NCBI GenBank assembly: GCA_903813345.2
Contig: CAIIXF020000001.1
Location: 11,656,001 to 11,720,000, forward strand
Direction of reading: 5' to 3'
DNA from: Owenia fusiformis
Lineage: Eukaryota
DNA length: 64,000 nucleotides
Part shown: one piece after another, positions 1-10,900 of the stretch
How positions within the stretch are numbered: position 1 is the first letter of the stretch
Layout: the number at the start of each line of letters is the position of its first letter
Notes under the pieces: model-generated
Database searches by the model: none
What the model was told of the DNA's origin: nothing
What the model saw: the letters and a program-made list of their open reading frames with translations, nothing else
Program-made: the position numbers and the translations under genes

Positions 1-126
1 CAATATTAAGACTTCTGTCTCCGATTGTTATGCAGGTATGTGTATAAAATCATGTGAACAACATTATCCTGGAAACTCCCATATTCATTCTCATATTGTC
101 TTACAGCTATTTCGCAAATGACATAA
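1..126 (+). CDS. Possible last two coding exons (<1-35, 107-126) of a neighbouring plus-strand gene (..NIKTSVSDCYAAISQMT*)
   Basis: CAG/gtatgt donor at 36 and ttgtcttacag acceptor at 106 give an open frame ending TAA; too short to identify. Confidence 0.3.
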
Positions 127-150
127 TCCTAAACAACATATGGACATAAT

Positions 151-820
151 TGTTGGAATTACACATGGCGTTTTACAAAAGCTTCTTCGGTTTTAACCAG
201 GTTTAAGAATCAGGTGTAATCACAATTTGCGGTTTTACAAAAGCGCTTTTCTAAAACTCCAAGAACCCTTGTCACTAGTAAATGGCATACGTCGGTAGGC
301 GTTTTAAGTGTGCAGTGTAATACCGATCGGTTTTTCTAAGACGCCTTACCCGGGTTTTTACTAGTTTTTAACATTTGCCCTAAACGAAATAAGACCTTAT
401 ATCTAAATGAAAAATGGATGATGGTCGCCAGGTCACATCAAAAACAAGTGTTATCTTTAGAGAATATGTACATTTTTTTCTTTTTCCTTTTTATTATGTT
501 TTCTCATAATTAATAAAACATAAATAAAAATTATGCAATGTCATGCATTTTTAATCAAATTATGGAAGATCAGTTTTGTCTTAGATGCAAAAAGAATACA
601 TTTACAGGAGATGTAGGCTACACATACATGTATGCTGGATATTATCCATAACTACACGTACATCGTTAAAAGTGCACGAAAGGCGTTTTAGAAAAAACAC
701 GTGTTATTCCAAAATATAATTCCTAAGCCGCTTTAGAAATGTTGGTGAAATCAGAATGGCGATTTTGTAAAGCGCCTTCCACTAAAACGTTTTAGCGGAT
801 TTTGTGGTGTAATTCCAGCA
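151..820. mobile_element. Non-autonomous TIR element (MITE), possible 3-bp TSD
   Basis: TGTTGGAATTACAC ... GTGTAATTCCAGCA inverted termini, AAT on both flanks, internal GGCGTTTT/AAGCGCCTT motifs. Confidence 0.55.
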
Positions 821-971
821 AATATTGCAGAACTGAGCGAAAAGAAAGGTGGAACAAATCAGATTAAGATATTTTATTTTTGAAATGCACAAAGGGCAAC
901 AGTTGAAGAACAAAAGTTAAAGGCGTTGTGAAATAGATCGTGCTTTTATATGATCCCCTTCTATAGTACCC

Positions 972-1055
972 TACCCTTTGCATTTGTTCGACTTCACTTC
1001 TTAAATGAGAGTTTCGTCTTCTCGTAGTTTATAATAAGACTCTGCACGCAGCGTA
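972..1055. repeat. ~80-bp tiny dispersed repeat, copy 1
   Basis: Closely similar to 2090-2171. Confidence 0.6.
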
Positions 1056-1113
1056 ATAGTGCCCCTATTATCCATGTTCATGTTCTCATTTGATTTTTCA
1101 TCAGTTATGACTT

Positions 1114-1241
1114 GGTAACATTTGCTCTGATTTTCATTACGGCGCCCGGCCAATTGAGTATTTTATTCAGAATTGAATACAATTTTGAACAAAATACTCA
1201 TCGGCCGGGCGCCGGTGCTGAAAATCTGAGCAAATGTGACC
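1114..1241. repeat. Long imperfect palindrome (core of a hairpin-type MITE)
   Basis: ggtaacatttgctc..cggcgcccggcc..gagtatttt mirrored by aaaatactc..ggccgggcgccg..gagcaaatgtgacc. Confidence 0.7.
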
Positions 1242-2089
1242 ACGGCATTATAAAAGCATACTCTTTAATACACGAACAGATTCAAAATGAGACTTTATCT
1301 ATCAGAGAAATAAAAATGGAAAATTTGTATTCTGAAAATATTAACTGATGCATTGGTTAGTATTAAATATTAAGTTTTACAGTCGGAAACCTCAAGGGGC
1401 GGGAAATTTGATTAAACAAAAAGCCGGATTAATATGTGGACAACTTGCAAATGAAATGTAAGTAACATGACAGAACGAGTGTGTACGCCCAATAAATACT
1501 TTTATAGTTTTAATGTGCATTCAAAGGACCCCGTTTGTAAAATTGATAGAAATGAATAGTTTTATTATCGGAAAAAACTGAGAAATATCTACCCGAGTCG
1601 CTAGAATAGTCAACATCATATCAGTGCGAAAAATTAGCTATATTTATTTTCTATGCGATATACACCTGATATTGATAGCCTTCCACGATCATGGTCCGTT
1701 GACATCATCAACCTTGTGATTTGCCATAAGTGATTAACCAATATTTTTTAATTAAAAGTCGGGGTTGACGTTTCTTGACTTTTCACACTGACATCAAAAC
1801 AAAACATAATTTGAAAATAAAAGGCATAAAATGGCCATTAAAAGTACATTTTTGAACAAAAGTATCAACTTATATTACACTGCACGCAAATACAAAGTGA
1901 AAAGTACGTCTTTCCAGGAGATTGAAATACGGATCGGTAAGTCAACAAATCTAACTGTTAAATAAACAAGCTTAGCCTATGTCTGCGATTGTTTGTCTGA
2001 GTGGCCAGATGTTATCCGTTTCGGATAATAAATTTCTGAGAATACTACTGATATCTAGAATACATCTTCTGTGATATTTTTCATAAAAC

Positions 2090-2171
2090 TACCCTTTGCA
2101 TTCGTTTGACTTCACTTCTTAAAAGAGAGCTTCGTCTTAGTGTAGTTTAACTAGACTCTGCACGCAGGGTA
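2090..2171. repeat. ~80-bp tiny dispersed repeat, copy 2, TACCCT..AGGGTA termini
   Basis: Inverted 6-bp termini; similarity to 972-1055. Confidence 0.6.
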
Positions 2172-2406
2172 TCATAAAACAGGCATCTTAGCTGCAATTT
2201 TGAATAATAGCGTAATTCATAGCACAATATAAATTAACCCGCCTCTGTTTAATTCAAATATGCATTACCCTTAAGATTTATATACTTAGACACCTTTTCA
2301 TTCTTGATTCGAATTTTTATCTTGTCTTCATCTAAATTTGTGGATTAATAACAGTTTTTAGTATACAAATTGAACATACAAAATGTAGCGTATTGATTAC
2401 ACGTTA

Positions 2407-2650
2407 CAATGGCGTAGCCAGCTTTCAGTCGGGGGGAGGGGGGGGGGTGCGATCGTGGCATAAAAAATGTTTTTGAAGATTTGTTTTGAATTTTACAAAA
2501 ATTGGTGCAACTTCGTTCAAAATCGAGCTAGAAGCTTCAAATAAAAAGCATTTTAAGACTTTTTTCTTCTATCTAATGGTTCTATTTTCATTGTTTATGG
2601 AGGGGGGGGGGTGCGATCGCACACATCGCATCCCCCTGGCTACGCCTATG
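2407..2650. mobile_element. MITE with GGCGTAGCCAG..CTGGCTACGCC termini
   Basis: Terminal inverted repeats and internal poly-G + TGCGATCG motifs. Confidence 0.65.
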
Positions 2651-3214
2651 CGCTATATTAATATAACAAGGTATCATATCATGCCAATAGTTAGATGGTT
2701 AACTAATATTAACACAAAATAATAATACACGATAATTAAAAAAATAAACCTCGGTATTCGGGCCTAAAATCCAAGGATACGTGTACCATTACTTAAGTGT
2801 AAGCTGCAATACCATATCGAATACCTGTACCATTACTCAATAATAACCACTAGTAAGACCATAATAACAAGCTTAATAACTAGCTTATTGCAACTTATTT
2901 CATACGATTTTGTCTTGTGTATCCATAAACATATACAATGTATGAATATTTGCAGATCATGATGTCTCAATCTGCTTAGTGCTGTTTGTATATATTACAG
3001 GAGTGTCACCATGTCTGGGTATAAACTGAACTACAAAAATAATCCCAGGACGTCGTTAAATGGTGCAATGTACTTATCTTGAGGCAAGCTTAAATGGTGA
3101 TATATTATCACGCATAAATATTACTGTATGAAAGTTCAAGAAATAAAAATTACACTACATGAATATAAATGTTTTAAGATCATGCAATTTTTAAATGTGA
3201 ATGTTAAGGTTAGT

Positions 3215-4182
3215 ATAACCAGAACAACGGCAACGCCAAAGCGTAGCGAATCCCATCGAACATTTTTCAAAAAGGGGCACCTTCTACCAAAAGTGTCATT
3301 AGACAGTGTGCCATGCTTATAATATTCACATACCAAATATGAACAAAATCGCTCAACTACTTTTCGAGTTATAGTAAAATACGTTAAAATGGTGGCCATT
3401 TTGAAAAATGGCCACCTTCTACCAAAAGTGTCATTAGACAGTGTGCCATGCTTATACGTATTCACGTACCAAATATGAACAAATTCGCTCCACTACTTTT
3501 CGAGTTATAGTAAAATAAGTTAAAATGGCAGCCATTTTTCAAAATGTCCGCCATTTTTCAAAATGGCCACCTTCTACCAAAAGTGTCATTAGACAGTGTG
3601 TCATGCTTACAGTATTCACATACCGAATATGAACAAAATCGTTCCACTACTTTTCGAGTTATAGTAAAATACGTTAAAATGGCGGCCATTTTGAAACATG
3701 ACCGCCCTCTACCAAAAGTGTCATTAGACAGTATGCCATGCTTATACGTATTCACATACCAAATATGAACATAATCGCTCCACTACTTTTCGAGTTTTAG
3801 TAAAATAAGTTAAAATGGCGGCCATTTTTCAAAATGTCCACCATTTTTCAAAATGTCCGCCATTTTTCAAAATGGTCGCCTTCTACCAAAAGTGTCATTA
3901 GACAGTGTGCCATGCTTATAGTATTCACATACCAAATATGAACAAAATCGCTCCACTACTTTTCGAGTTACAGCAAAAATCGTAAAATAACGAGTAAAGG
4001 CCGCCATTTTTCAAGATGGCTGCCATATGCTTTTTTAATATCTACATTTCTAGCTTTATTAATGTCCTATATAATTTTTTTTACATTTAAAACATATTGC
4101 TATTACAGTTTTACATATTGCACCTAAATTACTGTAAAATCGGCACTAAAATGGCCGCCATTTTTAAATGAGTGGCCATTTA
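3215..4182 (+). mobile_element. Helentron-associated (HINE-like) element, left part, with ~5 tandem 135-170 bp core repeats
   Basis: Repeated CTTCTACCAAAAGTGTCATTAGACAG..TTTTCGAGTTA..AAAATGGCGGCCATTTT cores; subterminal ATCCCATCGAAC is the reverse complement of the end motif at ~6918-6930. Confidence 0.65.
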
Positions 4183-4563
4183 GCTGTGTATAATGTAAAC
4201 CCATCTTATGTAATTATTAATAATTATCATAGTTTTAAAAAGTCAATATTTATTGTTAATCTAAAGGCAAGATGACTTTTGCTGTATTAATGTGCATCTT
4301 AGGTTATTATGATACTATTAAAGTAGACAAAAAACACACCAATTATTTTTTTTAAAAAAAGAATTAAAATTGTAATTTCGCGATTTAGACTACCAGAATT
4401 AATTAATGTTTTTGAAATCAAACATGGCAATCATATTTAGCAGGACATACTCCTGTTTAAAACCTGTGAATGTAACATCTCTGAAAGCAGGCAGCTTGAA
4501 ATGTGAACATGACTTACTGTCAGTCAACACATCAAGCAAGCCACAACATTCATAATACACATT

Positions 4564-4753
4564 CAGTGTTCTCCCCAGGATTTTATCTCAAGTGAGTGCA
4601 AAATTCTTAATTTCTCAATTTACACCAATTCGGTCAAAATATGCTTATTTTCATGGTTTTTCTATTTTCACGTGGGTGAAAATGGATTCTAGCCTATTAT
4701 TAAATCTAAAGTGGGTGCAACGCTAACTTGCGACAATCCTGGGGAGATCACTG
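4564..4753. mobile_element. CAGTG-ended MITE (hAT-like termini), copy 1
   Basis: CAGTGTTCTCCCCAG..CTGGGGAGATCACTG; second copy at 59182-59356. Confidence 0.65.
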
Positions 4754-4813
4754 ATATTAGTTTTACACAGGTTTCAAACAAATTCCTACAGAGGTCAGGT
4801 TTTAGATATTTAC

Positions 4814-4946
4814 CTTGTATTTCCTGACGTAAATTCAAACTCTTCTACTATCTGCGTAATGAATTCCTTGACCAATCTGAACGTGTCCCTGCCAACTCGA
4901 TTAGAGGCATCCACCACAAAGACGACATCAGACTTTGATTCGCAAG
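4814..4946 (-). CDS. Exon 32: VWA5 N-part with degenerate MIDAS (SCESKSDVVFVVDASNRVGRDTF...)
   Basis: ttcag/gtaaa boundaries; DxSxS changed to DASNR. Confidence 0.85.
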
Positions 4947-7900
4947 CTGAAGCATAAATCGAAGATATTCTGTACAAATGATGAAAATCTATTATAGGAT
5001 TCTATGGTTCAACATACAATCCAGTTTGAAATCAGGATGACTTTATACAATAATGTATTAACATAATATGGGGAGAAGGTAAAATTATTCTCAGAATCAT
5101 GTTTTCGGAGAGGCCAATATTTTGATGCGACTCCTTACTCATCTTATATTAAGACCACCCTTTATGTGAAAACTATGATAAATATATCAGTTGTACATTT
5201 CAAAATGATACATTATGTGCTTTATGTGGTTTTGGTTGAGAATGTGTCCTCTGCATATGTGTTTCCATTTTCTGGTTCAACATATGAACACCATTTTATT
5301 CATATATGCTTTGCTGTAGGTGAATAGGATAAGGGGGGGGGTGCTTTACTTACATCTCTCGCATGTCTTTCCAGAGTAGCCAGCTGGACATGTACATTTG
5401 AACTGTTTGATACCATCCTCACATTTACCTCCATTCTTACAAGGATTTCCCTTACATTGGTCCTCATCTAGGAAATAGAAAGACATGCTGTATATTCAAA
5501 TGTCTATTGAAGTAGTTCACAACTTTTGACTATTTCAAGGAATATTTGTATCTTCCATCATGCCATCAAAAATTCTTAGTCAATAAAATGTAACACCTTT
5601 CCAAGTTCATATAATCAAAATATAATAGCAGTAGTATAGTAGTAAATAAAATTTAAGGATATATTGCTGATCCATGATCTTCTTTCCATTTATTGTGAAC
5701 TTTGCCAGTTTGCCGCAAGTCGCACAATGCTCACTTGTATTTACTGATGCAATTAATCATATTTTGAAAAAGTAGCTTCTTAATTCTCACCTTCAAAGAT
5801 CAGTTTTCTAACTCGCTTCACTGTGTTTGGGGCATCTCGGAATATGTCCACATAGAATGAGCCCTCATCGCGCAATGATGCGATCTCAGTCATTTCACGT
5901 TTGTTAGGAATGGCGACACCTATTGTGACTACGTAGATGCCATCTTGTTCGGCTTCTCGGGCAGAGGGCAATGTTTTAGCCAGGTTGATGTTATGGTAAC
6001 CATCTGTAAGTTTAAAAGACATGTACTGACTGTCCTAGAAGTACATGTCATAATAAATTTTTATTTTACCTTGACCTTTGAACGGACAGTGCACACAACC
6101 TTCCCCAGAAATAAAGAAGGCATTAACATGCTAAATGTCACAACCTGCCATTTGTTACAGACATCAACCGCCATTTGTGGTGTTGACATGAAAATGATTA
6201 TTTAGGATTTAACTCAACCAATTTGAAGTGTATCAATCCAATGATTAAAAATTTTAGTTATCCTATACGAAAGAAAATATTTCAGAATACTAACTTTACA
6301 GCTGACAAGTATGACAAAATATAACGTCTTTCATACCTGTTAAAAGAACAGCAACATTTCTTGCATCAGGCCTGTCTCCAAACCTAGTAAGGAACATCTG
6401 TTTGTGTGCTGCTGCAATACCATCTGCTGTATGTGTATAACCATCCATGTAATTCACACTGTCCACAGCATTCAATATACCAACCTAAAGAACAGTAAAG
6501 GCGTTATATGAGTGAAATGACAAATTGCTTCCTTTTTCAAAAATCTCTTTTAAACTAGACAACAGCAGTATTCACATACCAAATATGAACAAAACCGCTC
6601 CACTACTTTTCGAGTTACAGCAAAAATCATAAAATAACGAGTAAAGGCCGCCATTTTTCAAGATGGCTGCCATGTGGTTCTTAAATATCTACATTTCTAG
6701 CTTTAGTAATGTCCTATATAATTTTTTACATTTAAAACATATTGCTATTACAGTTTTACACCTAAATTACTGTAAAATCGGCATTAAAATGGCCGCCATT
6801 TTTAAAAGAGCAGCCATTTTGAAACGAGCAGAACTTCGGGCCAATGGTATTTGAGTTATTGCCTGGACGGACGTAAAGTCGGACGGATGGAGGCGTTCCC
6901 TATATCCCTCTGAACTTCGTTCGATGGGATAATAACTTTTAAAGTCATGACGAAGAGTAAATAAATGATAGAAACATATTCTCAAACTTTACATGGGGAC
7001 TTTAAATATAAACTCTGTAGTGTATGAATGATGGAATTATAACACTGTAAAATGCATACCTTTGTTCTGTGAGCATTTAGATGGAATTGAATCCTAGCTG
7101 CAGTACTGTAGGTGACCATTCCCACCTGTATACCACACGACTCTATATCCATTTGCTCCACCATGGTAGAGACAGTCTCCTTTAGGAGCTGAAAATTCTG
7201 CTCCCCCACACTGGCACTTGAGTCAACAATGAATATGATATCTGCCTCCTTGGGGCACTCTGAAACAAAACAAAATTTGAGAGAAATATTAAACAGATCA
7301 ACATGGCATCAAACCTGAACAGAGGTTACTTATTGAGTGGGAATTTGGGAACAAATATAGGATTCATAATGAGGGCTAATTTGGTATTTTTCTTAATAAG
7401 AAAGATATAAAATTGTTTTATCCCATACTGTTCAATGATTTCACTTAAATTAATAATATAACTATAACAATAATAAAATATATCTATCAAGTTATTCTTA
7501 AATTGTATGACAAATTATCATAGAAATAAACTAAGCAAATGTTAGAAATAGCCAAGGACATGTAGTACAGCAGATAGGCACAATGTTCAAGGGCTAATAG
7601 CTGTAAAATATATTTGCCCTATATACTAGTATACTTACTAGTTTCACACGATTTTCCACCAAAGCCATATTTACATCTGCATGTGTATCCACCAAGTCCT
7701 TCAATACAAGTACCACCATTCTCACATGGGATGGAGGCACAATCCTGGTCATCTGTAAACAAACACATACAAACACTTTCAATACAAGCACCATCATTTT
7801 CACATAGCAGGGAGGCACAATCCTGGTCATCTGTAAACAAACATATACAAGACCTTCAATTCAATAACCACCATTCTCACATAGCAGGGAGGTATACTCG

Positions 7901-10900
7901 TGGTAATCTGTAAACATACACATACAAGACCATCAATTCAAGTACCATTATTTTTACATAGCAGGGAGGTATAATCGTGGTAATCTGTAAACAAACACAT
8001 ACAAGACCTTCAATTCAAGTACCATTATTTTTACATAGCAGGGAGCCACAATCCTGAGCATGTGTAAACAAACACATACAAACACCTTCAATAAAAGTAC
8101 CACCATTCTCACTTGGTAGGGAGGTACAATCCTGGTAAACAAATATAAACAAGACCTTCAATACAAGTTCCACCATTCTCACATAGCAGGGAGGTACAAT
8201 CTTGGTCATCTGTAAACAAACACATACAAACACCTTCAATCCAAATACCATCATTCTCACATGGCATTTTAAAACATAACAATATATCACCCCATAGACA
8301 CCAGATAATCAATCTACTTGGAACTTCATCAAATCAAAGTATTATTGAAGAAGTCTTCAGAATGTAGAAGGTGCAGCCAACGCAAGCAAATTCCTTTTGA
8401 TATATAGCATAATACAGTTCTTAGAATAGACATTACTTCAACCAAACAATAGTATGTATACCTTTAGAAGTTTGAATAACAAGATATTTACAACAAGAAA
8501 ATGGATTAAACGATGACATTTTCCAAGACAAAGCATCAGTCTAATAATATTGATTAGGCATACGGTACTTGCATTATCTTTGACACATACATACACAATG
8601 TGGTAAAGTATACAGACTTGGAATACATATGATTACTTTACAAACATACAGGATCAGATGACCAATGTCATAATCATTGAGATATATCATGACTGTTAAA
8701 TCCATATTTTTATTTTCAAAACAGATAGCGAAGGAAATATTCTCACGATATAATCAGTGAAACTAAGAAAGTGAGATTTCTATTTGAGATGTCCCATTTT
8801 GGATTGCCTCATCCCGGATAGTCGCTGACCAATCAGATACATGGATTTGCAATGGAGGAGCACTACTCGGGTTACAATTTTACTATATTTATGTTTGAGA
8901 AATAGAACATAATTTAAAGATTGGAAACTCAAACAAAGAAAATAACAAATTATGTGACAAACGAAAATTCATATTAAATTAATGGCACCAAACAATATAA
9001 CATTACCTATGACAAGGGACAACAATCATGACGTACCAATAGGTGTCACTGTATCTTACATAATATTAAGTGAAATAACATCAGTTCTTATCCTGGTCAT
9101 TAACATTTTAACAGTCATCACCATTGCAAAGGTTGAATCTCTACATACGGTGATGAATAAACTGTTTGTGAATTTGGCATGTGCGGATTTACTCCTTGGG
9201 GTGTCATTACCATATTGTTCACTGCGTTTCTACCAGCTTGATATGGTATACAGTAGTTTAATGCTAGAGAAAATATCATGTTTGGTGTGTCAGTATGTAA
9301 CACTAGCCACAGCTTCCGTAAGTTTTCTAGGATTTTCACTGATTGCTTTGGACCGTTACTTGGCAATAACGCAACCACTGATGTACCACCAGCTAATGAC
9401 TAAGAAAAGACTCTTAGGAGCAGTCATATTTATTTGGTTGTTTGTATTCAATGTACTGGGCATAATGATTGGGTTGAACAATTGGAGATCAGGGACTCAG
9501 TGCACAGGTCTTCTTGTACTCAATAGAGCCATGTACTCTATAGTGATCTTGGGTCTTGGTGGTCTACTAAGTATTACATCTGCAATGTTATATGCTAGAA
9601 TCTTCTACATAGCCTGGCAGCAAAAGAAACGCATCCAAGCAGAAGAGATCAGTTATGGTCAGAAATGTGCTAATTCTGACACCAAAATGGCGAAGACAAT
9701 GGCTATGGTGTTTTGCAGTCTCTGTGTCTGTTACCTCCCATTCATCATTGTCTCTGTCTTTCTACGGCCTTATACACCAGAAGAGAGACCCTTTTGGCTC
9801 AAAATATCATTGGGATATGCGACCATCTTTGTTTATTTCAACTCATTCCTAAATGCTATCATTTACTCATGGAGAAATAAGGATTTCCGTAAAGCCATGT
9901 ATCAGCTGGTGTTTCCAAAGAAACAGCTTATCATGAATGTGCAGCCAACTACGGTGTTTTCACTTGATAAATACATTTCAGTGACAAACTGATTCTGAAT
10001 GATGCTATAGCGTTTAGCGAGTAGTCATATTTGCCATATATGGCCCCTCTTCATTTTAATGAACTTAAGACTCAGAGGGGGGAAGATGATCTTTAAAATA
10101 TTCCTAAAAAGTCATTTATCTATTAATAACTGAACATGTAAAACAAAGAAAATATCAGAAGGCTAGAATAAATATAGTTTTCAAATCAAATCAAATCAAA
10201 TGAAAATGGAATTAGACAAAGGGCCCAAAAGGCTTACATTTGCAATATGCACGTATCAATGTTGGAATGATTTAGGGACAAGTTTAAAATATTAATGCCT
10301 TTAATGCTGATAAAGATAATTACACTTAGGAGATGAGTAAAAGTTAACTTTTTGTAGCAAACAGCAAAACCTGTAAACATGTCTGTAAGTGGAAAGCCTC
10401 GATAAACGGAACTTTTTTCAAATCTGTATCCAATTGACTTACTGTTTAATGAATTTGTAAATGGAAAGCCTCTAAAGCGGAACACTCTTTAAAGGAAAAT
10501 AATAAGGAAAATATGGGGATCAATCTAAAATATCATCAATTTTGAGACAAAATTGAAATATTGACTAGGTCCTTTATGGTGTTTATAATAAGCAGAGATC
10601 AATACATTTTGGGATTTTAAACCAATAATTCTCTCAGTTGATTGTGCTACCTTAACCCAGACATCACAAATAAAATAAACAGATCATAAAGGCATCTGAC
10701 CATTACACAAATCTGACACTTACATTATAAAATTATTATCATGTTCATGCCATTCAAAAAAAACTAGTAGAAAACAATAAGGTTAATTATAAATGTCAAT
10801 AAATTATAATGACCTGATTTAGCATATTGTCTGTAATTATTGATGTGTTGAAATGAATGTTAAAAATGACGGAATTAATAACAAATGTATTAATGATTGT

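Noticed and set aside
3128-3768. ORFs of 64-109 aa on both strands
   Set aside because: They fall inside tandem cores of a Helentron-like repeat.
7954-8312. Additional EGF exons
   Set aside because: Only half-EGF decayed copies with 3 of 6 Cys, frameshifts and no proper exon ends.
8982-9992. Opsin
   Set aside because: No retinal-binding lysine in TM7.
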